From positions 168 to 64,167 of the forward strand of contig JAULZZ010000122.1 in assembly GCA_032117095.1 (NCBI GenBank): DNA of 64,000 bases, written 5' to 3'. Below, piece by piece: positions 26,312 through 34,965 of this stretch (positions within the stretch are counted from its first letter, which is position 1; each line of letters starts with the position of its first letter). This stretch comes from Paenibacillus sp. GTDB taxonomy: Bacteria; Bacillota; Bacilli; Paenibacillales; YIM-B00363. The notes beneath the pieces were generated by a model, which had not been told where the DNA came from, made no database searches, and worked only from the letters and a program-made list of their open reading frames with translations. A program made the translations under genes and the position numbers.

Positions 26312-26399
26312 GGATGCCTCTATAAAAGCGCATCACCATTGGCAAAAAAAGCGTTGGTTTGTGGCAACGTGATTTTTTTACAAATCGGTTTATCAAACG
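26312..26399 (-). repeat. Family-2 inverted-repeat element (degenerate distal end)
   Basis: ggatgcctctataaaagc...gtttgtggcaacgtgatttttttacaaatcggtttatcaaacg aligns with the reverse complement of 50815-50910. Confidence 0.6.
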
Positions 26400-26517
26400 A
26401 TGTACTAGGATCAGTCGTGCCAACTGCATAGTTGAATGTGCATCCCCGTGTGTGCTATCATAAAAAAAATCAATAAAAATCGATGCATTGCATATAAGTG
26501 GGTTGAAGGGGGTCGCT

Positions 26518-26709
26518 ATGATGTGGACCGTCATATACATTGCGCCGTCCGATCAAACTGCGCAACTCATTTGTGAAAAGCTTACAGCAGAGGGATTTTT
26601 AGTCCGTGTGAAGCCGACGGGAGGCATGAAACCACAGTACCAAATCTTAGTCCCACAAGGGGAAACGCAAGACGTACAAGACGTGTTGCATGAAATTTTA
26701 CAGCATTGA
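26518..26709 (+). CDS. Small hypothetical protein (63 aa) upstream of accD
   Basis: GAAGGGGG RBS before ATGATG; compact ORF MMWTVIYIAPSDQTAQLICEKL... Confidence 0.45.
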   Translation: MMWTVIYIAPSDQTAQLICEKLTAEGFLVRVKPTGGMKPQYQILVPQGETQDVQDVLHEILQH

Positions 26710-26959
26710 CTCCTTGCTTTTTCTTTCGTGTACCCGAAGGCTATGAAAGTTGCCAAAATAAAGAAGTTACGCCACGGTGCGCTGGGTGGTGTACACAAAA
26801 ATAGGATTATGTGTCTGCTACGACCGTGCATATTTCCGGTTGATCGATCATACTTATCGCTTCGTACAGTCGGTCGTTTGCCCGTTTCGGCGGGATTGTT
26901 TTTTGAAGAATGTTGCATACCCGAAAATAAAATGGACGATAGAAAGATGAGGTGTAGCG

Positions 26960-27832
26960 GTGATCCGCGATTGGTTTCCCCAAAAACGAAAATATGCGAT
27001 CATTCCTTCCCCCAATGCCCAGCACGACATTCCTGACGGTCTCGTCAATAAATGTCCGCAGTGCGGCCATATTCATTTTAGTGAACAGTTACAGAAAAAT
27101 TTGCACGTATGCACTGCGTGTGGCTACCACCTTAAGATCGGTCCGTGGGAGCGACTTGCCATCACCGTAGATGAAGGGAGTTTTGTGGAGTTTGATGCGA
27201 CGATGACCTCGGAAGATCCACTGCATTTTCCAGGATACGCCCAAAAACTAAGCCAACAAAAAGAAAAAACACAGTTACAAGATGCTGTCATCTCTGGGGA
27301 GGGGACGATCGGAGGCATAGACGTTGTCGTGTCAGTGCTTACCTTTTCATTTTTCAGTGGGAGCATGGGCTCTGTCGTCGGCGAGAAAATTACCCGTGCG
27401 ATCGAACGAGCCACTTACACACGCAAACCATTGGTGATTTTCTCCGCATCTGGGGGGGCGAGAATGCAGGAAAGCATCCTCAGTCTCATGCAAATGGCGA
27501 AGACGGCAGCTGCCCTTCAACGCCATCATGCCGCAGGATTGCTCTACATCTCTGTGTTCACCGATCCGACGCTCGGTGGCGTGTCGGCGAGTTTTGCCAT
27601 GCTGGGCGATATCATATTGGCAGAACCAGGAGCGATCGTGGGGTTTGCGGGGCGCATCGTCATCGAGCAGACGATACGGGAACAGTTGCCCCGAGATTTC
27701 CAGACGGCGGAGTTCAATCTGGCCCATGGTCAGCTTGATCGCGTTGTTCCTCGTAGTCAGATGCGCCCTTTTTTACAGCAAATACTCGCACTTCACGAGG
27801 CTCCCCGAGGAGGTGACGAAGATGCCTTATGA
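26960..27832 (+). CDS. accD: Acetyl-CoA carboxylase carboxyltransferase beta subunit
   Basis: N-terminal Zn ribbon CPQCGHIHF...CTACGYH, and GGARMQE. GTG start after GAGGTG. Confidence 0.9.
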   Translation: MIRDWFPQKRKYAIIPSPNAQHDIPDGLVNKCPQCGHIHFSEQLQKNLHVCTACGYHLKIGPWERLAITVDEGSFVEFDATMTSEDPLHFPGYAQKLSQQKEKTQLQDAVISGEGTIGGIDVVVSVLTFSFFSGSMGSVVGEKITRAIERATYTRKPLVIFSASGGARMQESILSLMQMAKTAAALQRHHAAGLLYISVFTDPTLGGVSASFAMLGDIILAEPGAIVGFAGRIVIEQTIREQLPRDFQTAEFNLAHGQLDRVVPRSQMRPFLQQILALHEAPRGGDEDAL

Positions 27833-28775
27833 GTTGCCCTTTGAACGTCCCGTCAGCGAGCTCAAAGCAAAAATAGACGAATTGCGTGCATTCAGCCAAG
27901 AAAAAGGCATCGATTTTTCGATGGAAATTGCCGTCCTAGAAGAACGATATGCCGTGTTAGAAAATGAACTGTACGCACAATTGACGCCTGCCCAACGCAT
28001 GCAACTCGCCCGCCATCCGCAACGTCCCACATGTTTGACGTATATCCAACATATTTTTACCGATTTTATCGAGTGGCACGGGGATCGACTGTTTGCCGAT
28101 GATTTGGCGATCGTAGGGGGGATCGCACGGGTAGAGGGCATGCCAGTCACGGTCGTGGGGCACCAAAAAGGCAAAGACACGAAGGACAATATTGCCCGCC
28201 ATTTTGGGATGCCACATCCAGAGGGATTTCGCAAAGCGCTGCGGTTCATGCGTCAAGCAGAAAAGTTCGGTCGCCCGATCATCACGTTCATTGATACACC
28301 AGGGGCGTATCCGGGGGGGGCGGCAGAAGAACGTGGACAGTCGGAAGCGATCGCCCGCAATATGATGGAGATGGCAGGGTTTGGGGTGCCGATCATCGCC
28401 GTGGTCATCGGCGAAGGCGGGAGTGGCGGGGCGTTGGCCTTGGGAGTAGCAAACCGTGTGTTGATGCTGGAACACGCCATTTATTCGGTGATTTCACCAA
28501 ATGGGGCAGCCTCTATCTTATGGAAAGACGCAACCAAAGCGGATCAAGCTGCGGAGGCGATGAAAATTACATCTGCGGATTTACATGCGATGCAGATCAT
28601 CGAAGAAGTCATCCCCGAAGTGCGTGGAGGCGCACACCGTGACCCCCACATCCAAAGCCAGTACATAAAAGAAGCGATTGTGCGCCATCTAAAATCGTTA
28701 TTATTACACTCCCCAGACGAATTGCGTCGCGATCGATACGATAAATTTCGTGCGATTGGCTCGTTTTTGGAGTAA
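27822..28775 (+). CDS. accA: Acetyl-CoA carboxylase carboxyltransferase alpha subunit
   Basis: [44 protein letters not shown] precedes the ATG at 27822, which overlaps the accD end by 11 nt. The ORF part upstream (27528-27821) is the accD region read in another frame. Confidence 0.9.
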   Translation: MPYELPFERPVSELKAKIDELRAFSQEKGIDFSMEIAVLEERYAVLENELYAQLTPAQRMQLARHPQRPTCLTYIQHIFTDFIEWHGDRLFADDLAIVGGIARVEGMPVTVVGHQKGKDTKDNIARHFGMPHPEGFRKALRFMRQAEKFGRPIITFIDTPGAYPGGAAEERGQSEAIARNMMEMAGFGVPIIAVVIGEGGSGGALALGVANRVLMLEHAIYSVISPNGAASILWKDATKADQAAEAMKITSADLHAMQIIEEVIPEVRGGAHRDPHIQSQYIKEAIVRHLKSLLLHSPDELRRDRYDKFRAIGSFLE

Positions 28776-28806
28776 AGACGGAGGACGCACCTTTTAGTAT
28801 GGTGTC

Positions 28807-28933
28807 ATACGAATTGCGCATGGGGAAACATATGCACTGAGGGCTCCTTCTGCGGGAAAGCAAAAGGGATTTTAACGGGGACAGCAAGGCGTAGTCTTTC
28901 CGTGAGGGATGTGTGTTCAACTCGTGTTTATAC
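28807..28933. repeat. Family-1 element, subfamily B
   Basis: catacgaattgcgc...ctccttctgcgggaaagcaaaagggattttaacgggga...ctcgtgtttatac is related to 61046-61159. Confidence 0.6.
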
Positions 28934-29034
28934 TAAACACTGATTGAATACAGGAATCCTTTTGGGCAAAAATCACGGTGATTTCTTGTGAAACAGGGCT
29001 ATTCGTATGGACGTTTTTAATCAGTGTTTAGTAT
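28929..29034 (-). repeat. Family-1 MITE-like element, full length, abutting the previous copy
   Basis: tatactaaacactgattgaatacaggaatcc...tatggacgtttttaatcagtgtttagtat. Confidence 0.8.
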
Positions 29035-29109
29035 TAGTATTTATTTTAAGAGAAAAAAAGTACCTTTGAACAATGAGAAACCGTCCCACGATGGAGAGGA
29101 GAAATTGCA

Positions 29110-30870
29110 TTGCGAAAAACCAAAATTGTATGTACGATCGGGCCGGCATCCGAGTCCAAAGAAAACATTGTAAAACTCATCCAAGCGGGGATGAACGTCG
29201 CCCGCCTGAACTTTTCACACGGAGATTTTGAAGAGCACGGCAATCGCATTCGCAATATTAAGGAGGCCCGTGCACAACTGGGTACCACAGTGGCGATTTT
29301 GCTCGATACGAAGGGACCAGAGATTCGCCTAGGCAAACTCCGTCATGAGCCGATAGAACTGATTCAGGATGCGTGTATTGTACTCACCACAGACGTGATC
29401 GAAGGCGACGACAAACGCGTTTCCGTCACATACGCCCAGTTGCCCCAAGACGTGCAGCCTGGGTCTACGATTTTGATCGATGACGGGACCATTGGGTTGC
29501 GTGTGGAACAGATTGATCACACCGAAATTACGTGTCGCATCATCAATGGAGGAGAGCTCAAAAGTCGCAAAGGAGTCAACGTCCCCGGGGTACGCATTAA
29601 TTTGCCAGGAATTACGGTCAAAGATGCGGCGGATATTCGGTTTGGCATCGAACAGGGTGTCGATTTTATCGCGGCTTCCTTTGTGCGAAAAGCGAGTGAT
29701 GTCATCGAAATACGTTCGATTCTCGAGGAGCACGGGGCAAAACACATCCATATTATCTCCAAGATCGAAAACCAAGAAGGTGTGGACAATCTCCAAGAAA
29801 TTTTGGCGGTTTCTGACGGTCTCATGGTTGCGCGCGGAGACCTTGGGGTTGAAATTCCCGCAGAAGACGTGCCGATCGTCCAAAAACGCATGATAGAATT
29901 GTGCAATCGTGCAGGGAAACCGATTATTACTGCCACCCAAATGCTCGACTCCATGCAACGGATGCCCCGCCCGACGCGTGCGGAAGCGAGTGATGTCGCC
30001 AATGCAATTTTTGACGGGACGGATGCGACGATGTTATCCGGAGAAACTGCAGCTGGAAAATATCCCGTAGAATCTGTGTTGACGATGGCGCGTATCGCTC
30101 AAAAAGCAGAGTCCGTCTTAAAATATCGCGAGATGTTTTTACAACAAGCGCACGCCCAACAGACGACGATCACCGAAGCGATCTCCCAAGCCGTTGCCAA
30201 CTCTGCCTTGGATCTTGATGCTCAAGCGATCATTACGCCCACAGAGAGTGGATACACCGCACGGATGGTGTCCAAATATCGTCCAAAAGCGCCCATTCTT
30301 GCCATTACCCAAGATGAATCGGTCATGCGTCGTTTGAATCTCGTGTTTGGAGTCATCCCAATTAAAGGCGTGCCGGTCAAGACAACAGATGAGCTTTTCA
30401 CGCACTCCTTGCGGTTGGCGCAAGAAAGCGGGCACGTACAAGTTGGCGATTTGGTCATTATTACAGCGGGTGTGCCGGTCGGACATGCAGGGGCAACCAA
30501 CCTCATCCGCATTCACCAAATTGGGCATCGGATTGCCCGTGGACAAGGCATTGGGACGCAAGTCGTCACTGGACAAGTCGTTGTTGCCCGTTCCGCTCAA
30601 GAGGCGAACGAAAAAATGAAACCTGGGTTTATTCTCGTCGCAGCGACAACCGATAATGAATATGTCCCTGCTTTTCGCCATGCAGCTGCGATCGTGACCG
30701 AAGCATCGGGCATTACGTCTCACGCGGCGGTTGTGGGACTCAGTGAAGGGAAACCTGTCGTCGTCGGGCTAGAACGTGCATTGGACGTGTTACAAGACGG
30801 CATGCGTGTGACCATTTTCACGGAGCTGGGTGTTATTTATTTGGCAAATGAAGCCGTAGACGCGATATAG
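29110..30870 (+). CDS. pyk: Pyruvate kinase with C-terminal PEP-utilizer (swivel) domain
   Basis: RKTKIVCTIGPAS, MNVARLNFSHG, MVARGDLGVEIP, and a C-terminal GITSHAAVVG-type segment. TTG start after GGAGAGGAG. Confidence 0.92.
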   Translation: MRKTKIVCTIGPASESKENIVKLIQAGMNVARLNFSHGDFEEHGNRIRNIKEARAQLGTTVAILLDTKGPEIRLGKLRHEPIELIQDACIVLTTDVIEGDDKRVSVTYAQLPQDVQPGSTILIDDGTIGLRVEQIDHTEITCRIINGGELKSRKGVNVPGVRINLPGITVKDAADIRFGIEQGVDFIAASFVRKASDVIEIRSILEEHGAKHIHIISKIENQEGVDNLQEILAVSDGLMVARGDLGVEIPAEDVPIVQKRMIELCNRAGKPIITATQMLDSMQRMPRPTRAEASDVANAIFDGTDATMLSGETAAGKYPVESVLTMARIAQKAESVLKYREMFLQQAHAQQTTITEAISQAVANSALDLDAQAIITPTESGYTARMVSKYRPKAPILAITQDESVMRRLNLVFGVIPIKGVPVKTTDELFTHSLRLAQESGHVQVGDLVIITAGVPVGHAGATNLIRIHQIGHRIARGQGIGTQVVTGQVVVARSAQEANEKMKPGFILVAATTDNEYVPAFRHAAAIVTEASGITSHAAVVGLSEGKPVVVGLERALDVLQDGMRVTIFTELGVIYLANEAVDAI

Positions 30871-30953
30871 GGGAACGTGTCATTTTTCACGGCGTTTTAT
30901 GCATAGGAACGACGACAACCCTCTTCACACACAAACGTGCAAACCCGTGATCT

Positions 30954-31062
30954 AATATTAAACACTACTGATTGAATTCAGGAATCCTATTGGTTAAAAA
31001 GCGCAGTGATTTATTGTGAAATGGGGCTCTTGGTATGGACGTTTTTTATCAGTGTTTAGTAT
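30954..31062 (-). repeat. Family-1 MITE-like element, full length
   Basis: aatattaaacactactgattgaattcaggaatcctattggttaaaaagcg...tatggacgttttttatcagtgtttagtat. Confidence 0.8.
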
Positions 31063-31179
31063 AAGAACGGTTTTATACGGATTCCAGTGAAATCATAAGG
31101 AAAAAAATTCTCGTTCCCTCCAAGTGCTTCACGAAGGGAGAGAAAAGATTTTTCTAGATTTGATGCCGAATGCGTATGA

Positions 31180-33261
31180 ATGGGGGGAAGACGCTTGTCG
31201 AACCAATACATGAACCGTGATGTAAGCTGGTTGCAATTTAATCGTCGCGTCTTAGAAGAGGCGCAGGACTTGACGACCCCCTTGTTGGAACGGGGGAAAT
31301 TTTTGGGGATCGTCTCTTCTAATCTCGATGAATTTATGAGTGTACGTGTTGCAAGTATCGTGGATCAAATTCGTGCAGGATATACGAAAGCAGATTTGAC
31401 AGGGTTTACTCCTCGCGTGTTATTGCGTACGATTTTGCAGCAAGTGCGTGAGCTTGCTGCCTCCCAGATGACGGTGTATCGTCAGTTTACGAAAGAATTG
31501 GCCAACGAAGGGCTAGTGCTGTTGGAGCAATACGAGGAACTGAATTTAACGCAACAGCGGGCGATGAACGAGTATTACAACGATATTGTGGCTCCTGTTC
31601 TTACCCCCATGGCGGTCGATCAAAGTCGGCCATTCCCGTTGGTGCATCATTCGGGGCTGTATTTGGCGGTGGTGTTGCAAAAGGAAACGGGATCACAAAG
31701 TCAATGGTACTTTGCGATCGTTCATGTTCCTGCTCTGTTGCCGCGACTGATGTTGTTGCCCAAACGCCGAAATTCTAATAAAACAGAATACGTGTTTATC
31801 GAAACGATCATGAAGCAACACATTCACTCGTTGTTTGCTTCTTATACGGTGCGGAGTGTCTCTGTTTTTCGGTTGACGCGCAATGCAGATTTAACGCTCG
31901 ACGAAGAAGGGTCTGACGATCTCCTTGTTGCCATTGAAAAAGAATTGCACAAGCGAAAATGGGGAAATCCGATACGATTAGAAGTGGAGCAACACATGCA
32001 CCCGCATGCGCTTCACGTGTTGCAAGCGGAGTTCAACATTACAGAGCATACGTTTTCTATCGAAGGACCACTAGATTTGACGTATCTCATCCCTTTTTTC
32101 AATACCTTGCAAAATTATGATCGCTTGCGGTACCCTACGATTGAGCCGATCGTGCCACAACGTGTGCTGGCATCATACAAAGAAGAAGGGCATTTGTTTA
32201 GCCTTATCGCAAAGCAGGACGTTTTGTTGCACCATCCCTACGAATCCTTTGATCCCGTCACCGAGTTCGTGTTGCAAGCAGCGCATGATCCGCACGTATT
32301 GGCGATTAAGATGACGTTGTATCGTGTGAGCGGTCATTCATTGCTCGTACAGTCTCTCGGTGCTGCGGCGCAACAAGGAAAACAAGTGACCGTCATCGTC
32401 GAGCTGAAGGCGCGGTTTGATGAGGAGCGTAACATTGCGTGGGCGCGTACGTTGGAGCAAGCAGGCTGTCACGTGGTATATGGATTGGTTGGCCTCAAAA
32501 CGCATGCCAAAGTGTTGCTCGTCGTGCGTCAGGAGCCACAAGGGCTTCGTCGTTACGTGCATGTGGGCACAGGAAACTATAACGATACGACAGCGAAATT
32601 GTATACAGACATCGGCTTGTTTACGAGTCACCCCTCGATCGGGGAAGACGCTACCGCACTGTTTAACGAAATGACAGGATACTCTGCGCCACGCCACTGG
32701 AAAGCATTCAGTGTAGCCCCGCAAGATTTGCGCGATCAAGTGATCGCCTTGATTCGCCAAGAGACGGCGCATGCCCGTGCAGGGAAGCGTGCCCGCATCA
32801 TTGCGAAGATGAATGGACTGTCGCATAAAGAAATTATCGACGAATTGTATGTAGCGAGTCAAGCAGGAGTGATCGTCGATCTCATCGTACGCGGGGTATG
32901 TTGTTTGCGTCCAGGGGTGCCTGAGTTGTCTGAGCGGATACAAGTGCTCTCCATCGTCGATCGATTTCTTGAACATTCGCGGGTGTATTATTTTGAAAAT
33001 GCAGGCAAACCAAAAATATACGTGAGCAGTGCAGACTGGCTCACACGAAATCTAACACGGCGGATAGAAGTCATGTGTCCCGTGTATGATGAAGCGATAC
33101 GCCAAAGTTTGATCCGCATTTTGCACACGTATTTGCAAGATAATGTAAAAGCACGCAAATTGTTGCCCACTGGGGAATACGTGCGTGTGAAAAATGACCA
33201 CCAACCACCATTTCGCGTCCAGTTTGCCTCGATTCATGTAAACGATTGGAAGATGGAGTAG
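31180..33261 (+). CDS. ppk: Polyphosphate kinase 1
   Basis: NRDVSWLQFNRRVLEEA, and PLD-like HKD segments (VYGLVGLKTHAKVLLV, FLEHSRVYYF). The exact start is uncertain (ATG 31180 or the downstream TTG/ATG). Confidence 0.9.
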   Translation: MGGRRLSNQYMNRDVSWLQFNRRVLEEAQDLTTPLLERGKFLGIVSSNLDEFMSVRVASIVDQIRAGYTKADLTGFTPRVLLRTILQQVRELAASQMTVYRQFTKELANEGLVLLEQYEELNLTQQRAMNEYYNDIVAPVLTPMAVDQSRPFPLVHHSGLYLAVVLQKETGSQSQWYFAIVHVPALLPRLMLLPKRRNSNKTEYVFIETIMKQHIHSLFASYTVRSVSVFRLTRNADLTLDEEGSDDLLVAIEKELHKRKWGNPIRLEVEQHMHPHALHVLQAEFNITEHTFSIEGPLDLTYLIPFFNTLQNYDRLRYPTIEPIVPQRVLASYKEEGHLFSLIAKQDVLLHHPYESFDPVTEFVLQAAHDPHVLAIKMTLYRVSGHSLLVQSLGAAAQQGKQVTVIVELKARFDEERNIAWARTLEQAGCHVVYGLVGLKTHAKVLLVVRQEPQGLRRYVHVGTGNYNDTTAKLYTDIGLFTSHPSIGEDATALFNEMTGYSAPRHWKAFSVAPQDLRDQVIALIRQETAHARAGKRARIIAKMNGLSHKEIIDELYVASQAGVIVDLIVRGVCCLRPGVPELSERIQVLSIVDRFLEHSRVYYFENAGKPKIYVSSADWLTRNLTRRIEVMCPVYDEAIRQSLIRILHTYLQDNVKARKLLPTGEYVRVKNDHQPPFRVQFASIHVNDWKME

Positions 33262-33473
33262 CAGGAAACGGTCTTGAGAACAAGAGACAAGCCACGTACG
33301 CCAAAGCGGTGTTCATGGCTTATTTTTTTCGTGCTTGATTATTATTCAAACGTTTGATATAATAATAAAACAAAACACTTTTGCATCCCATGTTTTGGGT
33401 GACCCTGTCCATCATGCTTCCTCAAAAACAGCATTGACACCCATTCTTGGATAAAATACAGCAGTGTGCTAAT

Positions 33474-33489
33474 GGGCACCTCTATAAAC
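33474..33489 (+). repeat. Solo copy of the family-2 terminal motif
   Basis: gggcacctctataaac is identical to the terminus 27 nt downstream. Confidence 0.7.
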
Positions 33490-33500
33490 CACTTTATAAT

Positions 33501-33602
33501 GGGCACCTCTATAAACTACATCATGCGCATAAACATACGCAAAAAAATCGTTTCTTACTGCATGCAAAGTAATTTTTGACAAACCAGTTTATAGAGATGC
33601 CC
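33501..33602 (-). repeat. Family-2 inverted-repeat element, complete
   Basis: gggcacctctataaac...gtttatagagatgccc. The interior aligns with 50815-50910 when reverse-complemented. Confidence 0.7.
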
Positions 33603-33680
33603 AAAAGTTATAAGTTAGATAAATACGAATTTAAACTCCAGAAATAACCAATGGAAAAATGAAGATAGAGGGTGACAGTG

Positions 33681-34670
33681 ATGTATGTGCAGATGAAGAG
33701 AACAATGGTCGGAATATGCATAGGGGCAATGCTCATGACGGCTGTACCAGCAGGAGCGACCCCCAGAGTATTGAGTGAAGGAGAATCTCTCGGCACGAAG
33801 CTTCTACAGCAGGCGAGCGAGGGGATTATCGGGATAATTGTGTATTTGTGGGAACAAGGCGCAAAGCAACCACCACCGTTGCCACAACCAAGTATACGCA
33901 CTGTGGATGTACGCACGCAGTGGCTCCTTGAGCTATATCGTGCATATGAAACCTGTAAAAAAACCAAAAAGAAATGTGGGATAAAACCGAATGTTACGGT
34001 TATAAATTCTGTACAAAATGCAGGAAAAGCACTACTCAAAAAACATAAATCTCGTTGTTCTGACATCGCGAAGACAAAGGTTACTATACAAAACATCGCG
34101 CCATTCGCATATGCGATCATGCACTGTCAATCGACGACATCTGCGAACCTTAGTGAGCAGGGGAATGCTAAGCCTCCGTTGGAGAACAAAAAGAAGCCCA
34201 CGCAACGAAAAAATAAAGGGGGCGAAAGGGGATACGTATTCAAATGCACTGAAGCATACGGGCATAATTATCATGCAGACAACCCACAGATGATGCGGAG
34301 TAAGGTGTGGATGTACGAACATTTTGTACGGTTGAACGAAGCCGAAAAAATATTAAAAAAACAAATCGCCCAAATTACCGGAACAACAAAAAACGATAAG
34401 ACAAAGAAGAACGCATTACTCGATGAACTCAAAAAAATAAATGAAGAAAAGCAAGCCCTGCGGAAGCACCTCATGTTGTTGGAATGCGACATTTCATTCC
34501 GGGGAAATGGGGGAGGAATGCCAGGGGGTGATCCTCAGGCAGACATCATACACACCATAAATGATTCGCAATACAAACCAGAAAAACCCTTGGATAAAAC
34601 AGACATATACCCAGTTCGAGAATTATATGAAAGATATAAGCTAAAAGATCTTGATTTCAATACTTTCTAA
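33681..34670 (+). CDS. Orphan secreted Lys-rich protein, unknown function
   Basis: Signal-like MVGICIGAMLMTAVPAGA, Lys-rich runs, paired cysteines. GAGGGTG lies 8 nt before the ATG at 33681. A/T-rich; inserted between ppk and ppx. Confidence 0.55.
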   Translation: MYVQMKRTMVGICIGAMLMTAVPAGATPRVLSEGESLGTKLLQQASEGIIGIIVYLWEQGAKQPPPLPQPSIRTVDVRTQWLLELYRAYETCKKTKKKCGIKPNVTVINSVQNAGKALLKKHKSRCSDIAKTKVTIQNIAPFAYAIMHCQSTTSANLSEQGNAKPPLENKKKPTQRKNKGGERGYVFKCTEAYGHNYHADNPQMMRSKVWMYEHFVRLNEAEKILKKQIAQITGTTKNDKTKKNALLDELKKINEEKQALRKHLMLLECDISFRGNGGGMPGGDPQADIIHTINDSQYKPEKPLDKTDIYPVRELYERYKLKDLDFNTF

Positions 34671-34687
34671 GAAGTGATGCTGACCAT

Positions 34688-34704
34688 GAGCGAGCGAGCG
34701 AGCG
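34688..34704. repeat. (GAGC)4 microsatellite
   Basis: gagcgagcgagcgagcg, read directly from the sequence. Confidence 0.9.
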
Positions 34705-34859
34705 TTTAAAACACCTTTTTCTTTCACACGAAAGGAAAACTGCTGTGTATATGCGTTCAATAAACATTCATATGAGCCAATAATCGTGCAATCGATGTAT
34801 TTCTGATGTAGAGAAGGGAAAACGGCAAGCTACTTTTCTGTCCCCCCGCAGTTCCTGCT

Positions 34860-34965
34860 AATACTAAACACTGATTAAAAACGTTCATACAGAGCGATTC
34901 CTTTTACGGGAGATATCAGTATTTTTTAAACAATCGGATTTCTGTATTCTATCAGTGTTTAGTAT
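34860..34965 (+). repeat. Family-1 MITE-like element, full length, overlapping the ppx stop codon
   Basis: aatactaaacactgattaaaaacgttcatacagagcgattccttttacggg...ctgtattctatcagtgtttagtat. Confidence 0.8.
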
